64,000 nt of DNA, from contig JAJPHD010000026.1 of the NCBI GenBank assembly GCA_021325455.1, positions 334,722-398,721 of the forward strand, in the 5' to 3' direction. The DNA is from Actinomycetota bacterium. GTDB lineage: Bacteria > Actinomycetota > Acidimicrobiia > Acidimicrobiales > JAJPHD01. Positions 1 through 9,052 of the stretch are shown here, one piece after another (position 1 is the stretch's first letter; each line of letters starts with the position of its first letter). Under the pieces are notes generated by a model, which was not told the DNA's origin, did no database searches, and worked only from the letters and a program-made list of their open reading frames with translations. The position numbers and the translations under genes were made by a program.

Positions 1-481
1 ACTGCGGGTAGATGGGGATGATCCGCCCCGTCCTGTCGCCTATCAGGTCGACCACGGGGTTGGTCATCTGGACCCGGCCCCGGTAGGAGTCCAACTTGCC
101 GAACACCGCCACCTGTAGGCCGGCCTGGAGCTGGCGGGCCCGCCAGGCCTGGTTGAAGAACGTGAGCTTGAGATAGGCGCGTCCGTCCGAGACGTGGGCC
201 TCCACGAGGGGCTGCCCACGCCGGGTCCGCCGGGAGGTCACCCGCCGGACGGTGCCCACCACGGTGGCCTCCTCGCCCACCGACAGCTCGGCTATGCCGG
301 CCTGCCTGGTCCGGTCCACGTAGCGGCGCGGGTAGTGGGTTACGAGGTCGTAGACCGTCTCGATGCCTATCTCGGCCAGGGCCTCGGCGTTCTTGGGACC
401 GACCCGGCGGACCCTGGTGACAGGCAGGCTGGCCAGGTAGTCCAGGCTCCTCGGAGGGGCCGGCGGGGTGGTGACGCTCAC
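1..481 (-). CDS. recG: ATP-dependent DNA helicase RecG, N-terminal part (gene runs off the left edge)
   Basis: Own minus-strand translation from GTG at 481: VSVTTPPAPPRSLDYLASLPVTRVRRVGPKNAEALAEIGIETVYDLVTHYPRRYVDRT...EEATVVGTV...LTFFNQAW, a RecG N-terminal/wedge pattern. GTGA overlap with the yloV stop. Absent from the ORF track because it has no stop in the window. Confidence 0.8.
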   Translation of the reverse strand, partial: MSVTTPPAPPRSLDYLASLPVTRVRRVGPKNAEALAEIGIETVYDLVTHYPRRYVDRTRQAGIAELSVGEEATVVGTVRRVTSRRTRRGQPLVEAHVSDGRAYLKLTFFNQAWRARQLQAGLQVAVFGKLDSYRGRVQMTNPVVDLIGDRTGRIIPIYPQ

Positions 482-2142
482 TCGATGCTTATGAGGTAGG
501 GATAGAGCGGCTGACCACCGTGGTGGACCTCGGCCGTGGCCCGGGGACGGTGCTCGGCCAGCCACTCCGTGATGCGGCGGGTGTCGGCAGGCCGGGCCCC
601 CTCGCCCTCGATGAGGGTCACCAGCTCGTGGTCGTCCCGGCACAGCTTGGCGAGGAGGGCGCAGGCGGCATCGGACGGCCCCCCGGCCTCCACCACCTCG
701 ATCCGTCCCCCGGACAGACCGAGCCAGTCCCCTTCGGTGATGGGGCCTGCCGGACCGCCCGAGCTGCGCACCGCCCTCGTCACCTCACCGGTCACCACCC
801 GGGCCGCCGCCTCGGCCATGGCCCGGGAGTTGTCCTCCGCCCCTGCCTCGGGGTCGTACTCCATGAGGGCGGCGAACCCCTCCACGATCCCCTTCGTGGG
901 CAGCACCCGAACCTGCTTGGGCGAGAGCCGGGCGGCCTGCTCGGCCACGGGGACGATGTTGGGGTTGTTGGGCAGGATCACCACCTCCCCCGCCGGTGCC
1001 CCCTCGACCGCCGACAGGAGCTCGGCCGTCGAGGGGTTCATGGACTGGCCTCCCGCCACCACCTGGCCCACCCCGAGGGAGCGGAAGATCCGCTTGATGC
1101 CCTCGCCGTTGGCCACCGCCACCACCGCCGTGGTGACGGCATGCCCGGGCAGCGGAGCAGGGCCTGCGCCGCCGGCCGCAGCCTCCCGTACCCAGCGCTC
1201 CTCCTCCACCTCCTCCATGAGATCCGTCACCCGGATGTTGCGGGGCCGGCCCACGTCCAGGGCGGCCTCGATGGCCCCCCCGATGTCGTCGGTGTGGATA
1301 TGGCAGCTCCAGAGGGATCCGCTCCCTACCACCACGATCGAGTCGCCAAGCCCCGCCCAGGCTTCCCGGAACCCGGCGATCGCCTCCTCGGGCGCCTCCA
1401 GTAGGTACATGACCTCGTAGCGCAGGTCGGCGACGGAGTCGTGGGGGCCAGGGCCCTCCCCGGCCCCGCGAGAGGCCAGAGGCGCCCCTGACGAGGCCGG
1501 TGCCTCGGGGAGAGGCCGGCCGTCCAGGGCCGACAGCCAGGCATCGATCAGGAGCAGGTACCCGGCCCCCCCGGCGTCGACCACCCCCGCCTGGGACAGG
1601 GCCGGGAGCTGCTCGGGCGTCCTGGCCAGGGCGGCGGCCCCGGCCTGGCGCGCCCGCTCCAGGAGCCCCACCAGGCCGGTGCCGGCGGCGGCGGCAGCAG
1701 CCTCGGCCGCGACCCGGGCCACGGTGAGGATGGTCCCCTCCACCGGGCGGGTGACCGCCCCGTAGGCGGACTCGGCGCCCCGGCCCAGGGCGCGCGCCAG
1801 GGACGAGGGCCCGGCGGGGCCTTCCTCCCGGGCCAGGACCTCGGCCATGCCCCGGAGCACCTGGGACAGGATGAGGCCGGAGTTCCCCCGGGCCCCCATG
1901 AGCGCTCCGTGGCTGATGGCCTGGCACGTGCGCTCCATCCCCGGCTCCTCCTCCTCGCCCAGCTCGTCCAGGACAGCCACCACCGAGGAGGCCGTGAGGG
2001 CCATGTTCGTGCCCGTGTCCCCGTCAGGGACGGGGTACACGTTGAGCCGGTTGATGGCCTCCCGGTGGCTGGCGAGGGCCTCGGCGTACATCCGCATGGC
2101 CCGGCGCAGGTCGGGGGCGCCGAGCTGGCCGGCCGGGTTCAT
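478..2142 (-). CDS. yloV: DAK2/DhaL-domain fusion protein YloV
   Basis: 554 aa. N-terminal DhaL motif VYPVPDGDTGTNM plus a C-terminal YloV-type domain. Conserved position between recG and rpmB. Confidence 0.9.
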   Translation of the reverse strand: MNPAGQLGAPDLRRAMRMYAEALASHREAINRLNVYPVPDGDTGTNMALTASSVVAVLDELGEEEEPGMERTCQAISHGALMGARGNSGLILSQVLRGMAEVLAREEGPAGPSSLARALGRGAESAYGAVTRPVEGTILTVARVAAEAAAAAAGTGLVGLLERARQAGAAALARTPEQLPALSQAGVVDAGGAGYLLLIDAWLSALDGRPLPEAPASSGAPLASRGAGEGPGPHDSVADLRYEVMYLLEAPEEAIAGFREAWAGLGDSIVVVGSGSLWSCHIHTDDIGGAIEAALDVGRPRNIRVTDLMEEVEEERWVREAAAGGAGPAPLPGHAVTTAVVAVANGEGIKRIFRSLGVGQVVAGGQSMNPSTAELLSAVEGAPAGEVVILPNNPNIVPVAEQAARLSPKQVRVLPTKGIVEGFAALMEYDPEAGAEDNSRAMAEAAARVVTGEVTRAVRSSGGPAGPITEGDWLGLSGGRIEVVEAGGPSDAACALLAKLCRDDHELVTLIEGEGARPADTRRITEWLAEHRPRATAEVHHGGQPLYPYLISIE

Positions 2143-2198
2143 GGCGGGGCATGCTAACCTCCCCGCCAGTCCAGTCTGGCGAGTGAGAGGTTCGCGCC

Positions 2199-2393
2199 GT
2201 GGCAGCAGTCTGTGAGGTGTGCGGCAAGCACCCCTCGTTCGGGATGAGCATCAGCCACTCGCACCGCCGCACCAAGCGGCGGTGGAACCCGAACATCCAG
2301 AGGGTCCGTGCCGTCGTGGGCGGCAGCCCCCGCCGGCTCAACGTCTGCACCTCCTGCATCCGGGCCGGCAAGGTCACCAAGCCGGCCCGGTAG
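2199..2393 (+). CDS. rpmB: 50S ribosomal protein L28 (zinc-ribbon C+ form)
   Basis: 64 aa: CEVCGKHPSFGMSISHSHRRTKRRWNPNIQRVR...CTSCIRAGKV, a classic L28 with CxxC...CxxC. GTG start with GAGAGG about 8 nt upstream. Confidence 0.95.
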   Translation: MAAVCEVCGKHPSFGMSISHSHRRTKRRWNPNIQRVRAVVGGSPRRLNVCTSCIRAGKVTKPAR

Positions 2394-2404
2394 GAGCCTG
2401 CCTC

Positions 2405-3616
2405 CTAGGAGAGGCGCTCCACCACCATCGCCATCCCCTGGCCCCCCCCGACGCACATGGTCTCGAGGCCCACGTTGGCGTCCTCGTGGGCCAGGCCGTT
2501 GAGCAGGGTGGTCATGATGCGGGCGCCCGTCATGCCGAACGGGTGCCCGAGGGCGATGGCCCCCCCGTGCACGTTCAGCTTGTCCCACTCGATGCCGAGA
2601 TGGCGGGCGCAGGGCACGACCTGGGCTGCGAAGGCCTCGTTCAGCTCGACCAGGTCGACGTCCCCGATGGTCATGCCCGCCCTCTTCAGGGCCTGGCGGC
2701 TGGCCTCGATGGGCCCCAGGCCCATGATCTCGGGGGTGAGGGCGCTGACCCCGCTGGAGACGATGCGGGCCAGGGGGGCTATCCCCAGCTGGCGGGCCCG
2801 GGTGTCGCTCATCACCACCACCGCGGCCGCCCCGTCGTTGAGGGGGCAGCTGTTGCCGGCCGTCACCCTCCCGTCGGGGCGGAAGGCGGGCTTCAACGTG
2901 GCCAGGACCTCGACGGTGGTGTTGGGACGGGGCCCGTCGTCGACCTCGAAGGTGCTGCCGTCGGGGAGGGTCACCGGCGTGATCTCGTCGCGGAAGAAGC
3001 CGTCCTCCTGGGCCTTCACCGCCCGCTGCTGGGAGAGGGCGGCATAGCGGTCCATCTCCTCGCGCGACACCTGCTCCAGCTCGGCCACGTTCTCCGCTGT
3101 CTGGCCCATGGCGATGTAGACGTCAGGCAGGCCCTCGGCGGGCGCCCAGGGCTCGGCCCCGCCCTCGGACCGCCTGGCCGAGCGGGCCTGGGCCTCTGAG
3201 AACCTGGGGTTCTGGGTGTCGGGCATGCCGTCGGAGGTACCCTTCACGAACCGGCTCACCATCTCCACCCCGGCGGCTATGAAGACGTCTCCCTCGCCGG
3301 CCTTGATGGCATGAGCGGCCATGCGGATGGTCTGGAGCGAGGACGAGCAGTACCGCGTGACGGTCGTGCCCGGGACGTCGTGCAGGCCGGCCAGGATGCT
3401 CACCACCCGGGCCATGTTGTAGCCCTGCTCCCCCCCGGGCAGGCCACAGCCCAGGATGATGTCCTCCACCTGGTCGGGGTCCAGCTCGGGCACTTTGGCC
3501 AGGACGGCCTGCACGATGGTGGCGGCGAGGTCGTCGGGGCGGACGTCGACCAGCGAGCCCTTGAAGGCGCGGCCGATGGGACTGCGGGCGGTGGCGACGA
3601 TGACGGCCTCGGGCAC
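2405..3616 (-). CDS. acetyl-CoA C-acetyltransferase (thiolase II)
   Basis: 403 aa. IVATARSPIGRAFKGSL N-terminus, active-site context RYCSSSLQ, C-terminal NVHGGAIALGHPFGMTGAR and CVGGGQG thiolase signatures. GAGGAGG Shine-Dalgarno (SD) sequence before the ATG. Confidence 0.92.
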   Translation of the reverse strand: MPEAVIVATARSPIGRAFKGSLVDVRPDDLAATIVQAVLAKVPELDPDQVEDIILGCGLPGGEQGYNMARVVSILAGLHDVPGTTVTRYCSSSLQTIRMAAHAIKAGEGDVFIAAGVEMVSRFVKGTSDGMPDTQNPRFSEAQARSARRSEGGAEPWAPAEGLPDVYIAMGQTAENVAELEQVSREEMDRYAALSQQRAVKAQEDGFFRDEITPVTLPDGSTFEVDDGPRPNTTVEVLATLKPAFRPDGRVTAGNSCPLNDGAAAVVVMSDTRARQLGIAPLARIVSSGVSALTPEIMGLGPIEASRQALKRAGMTIGDVDLVELNEAFAAQVVPCARHLGIEWDKLNVHGGAIALGHPFGMTGARIMTTLLNGLAHEDANVGLETMCVGGGQGMAMVVERLS

Positions 3617-3636
3617 GGCTCCTCCTCTGGGCTTCG

Positions 3637-3654
3637 GGTTACCGGTCAGTAACC
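3637..3654. promoter_or_regulatory. perfect-arm palindrome GGTTAC-N6-GTAACC upstream of the thiolase start (candidate operator or 5'-UTR hairpin)
   Basis: Sequence GGTTACCGGTCAGTAACC in a locally lower-GC patch, 21-38 nt upstream of the thiolase ATG (3616, minus strand). The function is inferred only. Confidence 0.35.
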
Positions 3655-3700
3655 ACTGCCCGATCTTTACCCCGCCCGGGCCGTCATCACCACCCGGAGC

Positions 3701-4090
3701 TCAGGCCAGGAACCTGTCCAGGGCGCCCTGGTCCTCCTCGAAGGACCAGAACTCGGTGGCCTTCCCGCCGGCCAGGTGCCAGGTGTGAACGGCTCGCCCC
3801 TCCAGGGTGCGCCCCTCCCGCTCGGCGTGGGCCACCACCATGGCAGCCCCATGCGTGTCGTTGGCCAGGATGTCGTGGACCTGAAGGCGGAAGGTGCCCC
3901 CGGACAGCTCCATGAGCCTGGCGAAGAAGCCCATGACCTCCTGGTGGCCCTTGTAGTCGCCGGTCAGCGGGCTGTCCCCCCCGATGTGCCAGGAGATGTC
4001 CTCGGAGAAGATGGACAGGACCGTGTCCAGGTCGCCGGCACCAAAGGCCTCGTAGCCGCGGCGCAAGAGCTCCTCGTTCGGGTGTGCCAT
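3701..4090 (-). CDS. SnoaL-like / NTF2-fold (ketosteroid-isomerase-like) protein
   Basis: Start re-set to the ATG at 4090 (MAHPNEELLRRGYEAFGAGDLDTVLSIFSEDISWHIGG...), the typical SnoaL_2 N-terminus. The upstream 26 codons of the track ORF look like run-on. Confidence 0.6.
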   Translation of the reverse strand: MAHPNEELLRRGYEAFGAGDLDTVLSIFSEDISWHIGGDSPLTGDYKGHQEVMGFFARLMELSGGTFRLQVHDILANDTHGAAMVVAHAEREGRTLEGRAVHTWHLAGGKATEFWSFEEDQGALDRFLA

Positions 4091-4172
4091 TGCCCCTCCC
4101 TTCTTCCCGCCCTCATGAGGCGGGGCCGATACATCGTATCCCTCCGCCGGGCCCCCCGCTCCGTCCACCCCT

Positions 4173-5117
4173 CTAGTCGCCGGCCCATCTCCATTCGTGC
4201 TCCCAGCCGCCGGCCTCCAGGGGCTGGCCTCCCAGGCGGAGCTGCCCGGCCCGGCCTGTGCAGCGCCCTATGCACGCCGGCCCGGCAAGACCCGCCATCC
4301 GGAAGGACCGGTCCACGGCGCCGGCGTCGGGGGAGGTGAAGAGGAGCTCGTAGTCCTCCCCGCCGGTCAGCGCCTCGGCCTCCGTTGCCCCCTCGGCCAC
4401 CGGCACGTGGTCCAGGTCCACCCCCACCCCGGAGGCCCGGGCGAGATGCCCGAGGTCAGCAGCCAGGCCGTCGGAGATGTCGATCATGGCCCGGGCCCCA
4501 CCCTCTGCAGCGGCCAGCCCCTCCGCCACCCGGGCCTCGGGCCGGCGGTGGCGACTCGCCAGCGCTCGTGACTCGAGGTCGCCTGAGCCGCCCCGGAGCG
4601 CCCGCAGCCCCGCCGCTGCCGCGCCGAGGGGCCCGGTCACGAACAGGAGGTCCCCTTCCCGGGCTCCGGAGCGCAGGACGGGGAGGCGCCCTCGGGGCAG
4701 CGAGCCGGTGACGGCCACGGACACCGTCACCACCGGGCCGTTGGAAAGGTCACCGCCCACGATGGGGCACCTCCAGCGCCTCGCCGCCTCGACCAGGCCC
4801 GAGTAAAGCAGCCCCAGATCCGTCTCGGGAGGCCCGGCCACGGTCACCAGGGCGTGGCCGGGGACCCCGCCCATGGCGGCGATGTCGCTCACGTTCACGG
4901 CCAGCGCCTTCCAGCCCAGGTCGTCCAGGCCCTCTAGGCCCAGGTCGGCGTGAACCCCGGCCACGACGAGGTCGGCAGCCAGGAGGAGGGGCCCTCCGGG
5001 GGTCTGGACCACGGCCGCATCGTCGCCGACCCACGTCTCCCCCGGGGGCGGGACGCCCAGCCGGGCCGTGAGCAGCTCTTGTATGCGCCCGATGGCGGCG
5101 AACTCTCCGGCGCCCAC
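4173..5117 (-). CDS. thiL: thiamine-monophosphate kinase ThiL
   Basis: Only the C-terminal about 315 aa of track ORF 4173..6329 is real; the rest is antisense to pckG. VGAGEFAAIGRI...GDDAAV...DLVVAGVH...GWKALAVNVSDIAAMGG...GGDLS = AIR-synthase-fold ThiL. GTG at 5117 gives the canonical GEF N-terminus; ATG at 5177 is the alternative start. Confidence 0.85.
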   Translation of the reverse strand: MGAGEFAAIGRIQELLTARLGVPPPGETWVGDDAAVVQTPGGPLLLAADLVVAGVHADLGLEGLDDLGWKALAVNVSDIAAMGGVPGHALVTVAGPPETDLGLLYSGLVEAARRWRCPIVGGDLSNGPVVTVSVAVTGSLPRGRLPVLRSGAREGDLLFVTGPLGAAAAGLRALRGGSGDLESRALASRHRRPEARVAEGLAAAEGGARAMIDISDGLAADLGHLARASGVGVDLDHVPVAEGATEAEALTGGEDYELLFTSPDAGAVDRSFRMAGLAGPACIGRCTGRAGQLRLGGQPLEAGGWEHEWRWAGD

Positions 5118-5201
5118 GAGCCAGAGAGTAAGCGGACACCGAACGTGATGGGAAAGAGAAGCGATTTCGCCCCTCATCTGGCGCCCCCCTAGGCTGGGCC
5201 C

Positions 5202-6998
5202 ATGGGTGCAAGGTCGCATAACAGCAAGCTGCTGAGGTGGGTGGACGAGGTGGCCGCCCTCACCACCCCCGACCGGGTCGAGTGGTGCGACGGCTCGGCC
5301 GAGGAGTACGACCGGCTGGCCCAGCTCCTGGTGGACCAGGGGGCCTTCGTGCGCCTCTCGGACGCCAAGCGACCCAACAGCTACTGGGCCCACTCCGACC
5401 CGGCCGACACCGCCCGGGTGGAGGGGCGCACCTTCATCTGCTCCGAGCGGGAGGAGGATGCCGGCCCCACCAACAACTGGCGGGACCCGGCCGAGATGCG
5501 CCGGACCCTCACCGGGCTCTTCCGGGGCTCCATGCGGGGGCGCACCATGTACGTAATTCCCTTCTCCATGGGACCCCTCGGGTCCCCGATCGCCCACATC
5601 GGGGTCCAGTGCACCGACTCTGCCTACGTGGCGGTGAACATGCGGATCATGACCCGCATGGGCCAGGCTGCCCTGGACGTGCTCGGGGACGACGGGGACT
5701 TCGTCCCCTGCCTGCACTCCGTGGGCGCCCCTCTGGAGCCGGGCCAGCAGGACGTGGCCTGGCCCTGCGACCCCGACAACAAGTACATCGTGCACTTCCC
5801 CGAGACGCGCGAGATCTGGTCCTACGGCTCGGGGTACGGGGGCAACGCCCTCCTGGGCAAGAAGTGCCTGGCCCTGCGCATCGCCTCGGTCATGGCTCGC
5901 GATGACGGCTGGCTGGCGGAGCACATGCTGATCGTGAAGCTGACCTCCCCTGAGGGGGAGACGCGTTACGTCACGGGTGCCTTCCCGTCGGCGTGTGGGA
6001 AGACCAACCTGGCCATGCTGGTCCCCACCCTTCCCGGATGGAAGGTGGAGACGGTGGGTGACGACATCTGCTGGATGAAGTTCGGTCCCGACGGCCGGCT
6101 CTACGCCATCAACCCGGAGGCGGGCTTCTTCGGCGTGGCTCCCGGCACCAGCATGAAGACCAACCCCAATGCCATGCTGACCCTGGACGGCAACTGCATC
6201 TTCACCAACACCGCCCTCACCGACGACGGCGACGTGTGGTGGGAGGGGATGACCGAGGAGCCACCCGCCCACCTCACGGACTGGAGGGGCCAGCCCTGGA
6301 CACCGTCCTCGGGGACGCCGGCGTCCCATCTCAATGCCCGCTTCACCGCCCCGGCCAGCCAGGACCCCGCCATCGCTCCAGAGTGGGAGGACCCGGCCGG
6401 GGTCCCCATCTCGGCCATCCTGTTCGGGGGGCGGAGGGCCTCAGTGGTGCCCCTCATCGTGGAGTCCACCAGCTGGCGCCACGGGGTGTTCCTGGGATCG
6501 ATCATGGCCTCGGAGACAACTGCTGCGGCCGCCGGCAAGGTGGGCAACCTGAGGCGTGACCCCTTCGCCATGCTGCCCTTCTGCGGCTACAACATGGGTG
6601 ACTACTTCGGCCACTGGTTGGAGGTGGGCCGGGCGACCACGCCGGACAAGCTGCCCAAGATCTTCTACGTCAACTGGTTCCGCAAGGACAGCGAGGGCCG
6701 GTTCCTCTGGCCCGGCTTCGGCGAGAACAGCCGGGTCCTGGAGTGGGTGTTCCAGCGCTGCGGAGGCAGGGGCGAGGCGGTGGAGACCCCCGTGGGCCTG
6801 GTCCCCGCCCCCGGGGCCATCGACACCAGCGGGCTCGACGTGCCCAAGGAGGACATGGAGGAGCTGCTGCGCGTCGACACCGGCGAGTGGCGGGCCGAGG
6901 TGCCGCTCATAAGGGAGCACTTCGAGCGGTTCGGAGCCCACCTGCCGGCGGAGCTCGCCGAGGAGCTGGAGGCGCTCTCCCAGCGCCTGGACAAGTAG
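5202..6998 (+). CDS. pckG: phosphoenolpyruvate carboxykinase (GTP)
   Basis: 598 aa. Kinase-1a loop [29 protein letters not shown] and FGGRR motifs. N-terminus collinear with mycobacterial PckG as I recall it. Confidence 0.95.
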   Translation: MGARSHNSKLLRWVDEVAALTTPDRVEWCDGSAEEYDRLAQLLVDQGAFVRLSDAKRPNSYWAHSDPADTARVEGRTFICSEREEDAGPTNNWRDPAEMRRTLTGLFRGSMRGRTMYVIPFSMGPLGSPIAHIGVQCTDSAYVAVNMRIMTRMGQAALDVLGDDGDFVPCLHSVGAPLEPGQQDVAWPCDPDNKYIVHFPETREIWSYGSGYGGNALLGKKCLALRIASVMARDDGWLAEHMLIVKLTSPEGETRYVTGAFPSACGKTNLAMLVPTLPGWKVETVGDDICWMKFGPDGRLYAINPEAGFFGVAPGTSMKTNPNAMLTLDGNCIFTNTALTDDGDVWWEGMTEEPPAHLTDWRGQPWTPSSGTPASHLNARFTAPASQDPAIAPEWEDPAGVPISAILFGGRRASVVPLIVESTSWRHGVFLGSIMASETTAAAAGKVGNLRRDPFAMLPFCGYNMGDYFGHWLEVGRATTPDKLPKIFYVNWFRKDSEGRFLWPGFGENSRVLEWVFQRCGGRGEAVETPVGLVPAPGAIDTSGLDVPKEDMEELLRVDTGEWRAEVPLIREHFERFGAHLPAELAEELEALSQRLDK

Positions 6999-7005
6999 GC
7001 CGGCG

Positions 7006-9039
7006 ATGCCTTCCACCGGCCCCCGTGCCGTCGCGCCTCACGGCTCCTGGCCGTCCCCCATAGGCGCTGCCATGGTGGCGGCCGGGGCCCGCCGCTGGGA
7101 CGCCCTCCAGGTCGATGGGTCGACCCTCTACTGGCTGGAGAGCCGGCCCCAGGAGGGGGGCCGGGTGGCGCTCATGCGGCTGGCGGCTGAGGGCGGGGAC
7201 GAGAGCCAAGGATCGCCGTCCCAGCCCGAGGAGGTGACACCCGCACCGTGGTCCGTGCGCACCAGGGCCCATGAGTACGGAGGCGGGGCCTACCTGGTGG
7301 CGGCTGGGGTGGTGTTCTTCTCCAACTTCTCCGACCAGCGCCTGTGGCGCCTGGACCCGGGGGCTGGCGCCCCCGTCGCCCTGACCGCCCCGGCGGAGGA
7401 GCGCCGGCCCGGCACGCTCTCGGTCCGCTTCGCCGACGCCTGCATGGTCCCCGGCGGCCGCTGGCTGGTCTGCGTCCGGGAGTCCCACTACGGACCGGCC
7501 GCCACCCAGGTGGTGAACGAGCTGGTGGCCCTGCCCACGGGCGAGGGCGGCGGGGAGGAGCGCGTGCTGGCCACGGGCCGGGACTTCTACTCCTTCCCCA
7601 GGGTGAGCCCCGACGGCCGCCGTCTGGCCTGGACCTGCTGGGACCACCCCCGCATGCCCTGGGACGGGACCGAGCTGTGGGTGGCGGACCTGGACGGGCC
7701 TTCGCTGGACGGTGCCCGCATGGTGGGGGGCGGACCGGAGGAATCGGTCTTCCAGCCCGAATGGGCACCGGACGGGAGCCTCACCTACGTGAGCGACCGG
7801 GACAGCGGCTGGTGGAACCTGTACCTGGACCGCTTGGACGGGGAAGGGCCCCATGCCCTCACCGCCCGGGAGGCCGAGTTCGCCTTGCCCCAGTGGGTGT
7901 TCGGCCAGTCCACCTACGCCCACCTTCCCGACGGCCGGATCGCCTGCAGCTGGTCGCAGGCGGGCCTGGGCCATCTCGGCCTGCTCGACCCCGGCGCCGG
8001 CGAGGCTTCCCTTACCGAGCTCAGCATCCCGCACTCCTCCATCTCCCACGTCCGGGCCACCTCCAGGGGGGTGGCCTACCTGGGCGCCGACCCCCGGACC
8101 CCTCGTGAGGTCGTGGAGATCCCCCTGGGCGGTGGCGAGCCCGGGTCGGCCAGGGTGCTGGCCAGGAGCCGCCACCTCGACCTCGACCCAGCGGGGCTGG
8201 CCCAACCCGATCCGATCGAGTACCCGACAACCGGTGGCCGCAGCGCCCATGCCCTCTACTACCGGCCGGCCAGCGCCAGCCATCGGGGACCGGAGGACGA
8301 GCGGCCACCCTTGGTGGTGATGAGCCACGGTGGCCCCACCGCTGCCACCTCCAGCGCCTTCGACCTGGCCATCCAGTACTGGACCAGCCGGGGCATCGCC
8401 GTGGTGGACGTCAACTACGGAGGCAGCACCGGCTACGGACGCGAGTACCGCCAGCGCCTCAAGGGCGCCTGGGGGATCGTGGACGTCGACGACTGCGTGA
8501 ACGCCGCCCGGTACCTGGCCGACAGGGGCGAGGTGGACGGGGACCGGCTGGCGATCCGGGGCGGGAGCGCCGGTGGGTACACGACCCTTTGCGCCCTCAC
8601 CTTCAGGGACGTGTTCGCCGCGGGGGCCAGCTACTACGGGGTGGCCGACGCCGCCGCTCTGGCCGCCGACACCCACAAGTTCGAGTCACGCTACCTGGAC
8701 GGGCTCATCGGCCCCTGGCCGGAGGCGGAGCGCACCTACTGGGAGCGCTCGCCCGTCCACCATGTCGCCCAGCTCTCCTGCCCCCTCATAGTCTTCCAGG
8801 GGCTGGAGGACCCCGTGGTCCCGCCCAACCAGGCCGAGGCCATGGTGGCGGCCCTGCGGGAGAGGGGCATACCCCATGCCTACCTGGCCTTCGAGGGCGA
8901 GCAGCACGGCTTCCGGAGGGCCGAGACGGTGCAGCGCTGCCTCGAGGCCGAGCTCTACTTCTACGGCGCCATCCTCGGCTTCGAGGTGGTGGACGCCGTG
9001 GAGCCCGTCCCCATCGAGCCACCGCCCCGCCAGACCTGA
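7006..9039 (+). CDS. S9-family serine peptidase (prolyl oligopeptidase / acylaminoacyl-peptidase-like)
   Basis: 677 aa. N-terminal beta-propeller-like region (WAPDGS, SPDGRRLAW) plus a C-terminal alpha/beta-hydrolase domain with nucleophile elbow GGSAGGYTT and an HGF histidine region. Confidence 0.85.
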   Translation: MPSTGPRAVAPHGSWPSPIGAAMVAAGARRWDALQVDGSTLYWLESRPQEGGRVALMRLAAEGGDESQGSPSQPEEVTPAPWSVRTRAHEYGGGAYLVAAGVVFFSNFSDQRLWRLDPGAGAPVALTAPAEERRPGTLSVRFADACMVPGGRWLVCVRESHYGPAATQVVNELVALPTGEGGGEERVLATGRDFYSFPRVSPDGRRLAWTCWDHPRMPWDGTELWVADLDGPSLDGARMVGGGPEESVFQPEWAPDGSLTYVSDRDSGWWNLYLDRLDGEGPHALTAREAEFALPQWVFGQSTYAHLPDGRIACSWSQAGLGHLGLLDPGAGEASLTELSIPHSSISHVRATSRGVAYLGADPRTPREVVEIPLGGGEPGSARVLARSRHLDLDPAGLAQPDPIEYPTTGGRSAHALYYRPASASHRGPEDERPPLVVMSHGGPTAATSSAFDLAIQYWTSRGIAVVDVNYGGSTGYGREYRQRLKGAWGIVDVDDCVNAARYLADRGEVDGDRLAIRGGSAGGYTTLCALTFRDVFAAGASYYGVADAAALAADTHKFESRYLDGLIGPWPEAERTYWERSPVHHVAQLSCPLIVFQGLEDPVVPPNQAEAMVAALRERGIPHAYLAFEGEQHGFRRAETVQRCLEAELYFYGAILGFEVVDAVEPVPIEPPPRQT

Positions 9040-9052
9040 GAAGGGCCCCGGC

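Noticed and set aside
5118-5201. Promoter calls in the lower-GC thiL/pckG divergent spacer (TAGGCT 6 nt before the pckG ATG; TACTCT 7 nt before the thiL GTG, suggesting leaderless mRNAs). I also considered similar TANNNT hits before lat, the antiporter and mscL.
   Set aside because: Only the -10-like hexamers are present and the -35 elements are poor. TANNNT occurs frequently by chance, so I did not list them as features.
4173-6329. The 718-aa ORF treated as one gene. The same issue affects 13409..14914, 13619..15676, 19060..20379, 29311..30159, 37575..38522, 37910..39280, 39859..41973, 41550..42878 and 25725..28112.
   Set aside because: Only the C-terminal portions carry family motifs. The N-terminal extensions are antisense or out of frame to neighbouring real genes. 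In-frame internal ATG/GTG/TTG starts, often as 4-nt overlaps with the upstream stop, give proteins of canonical length.
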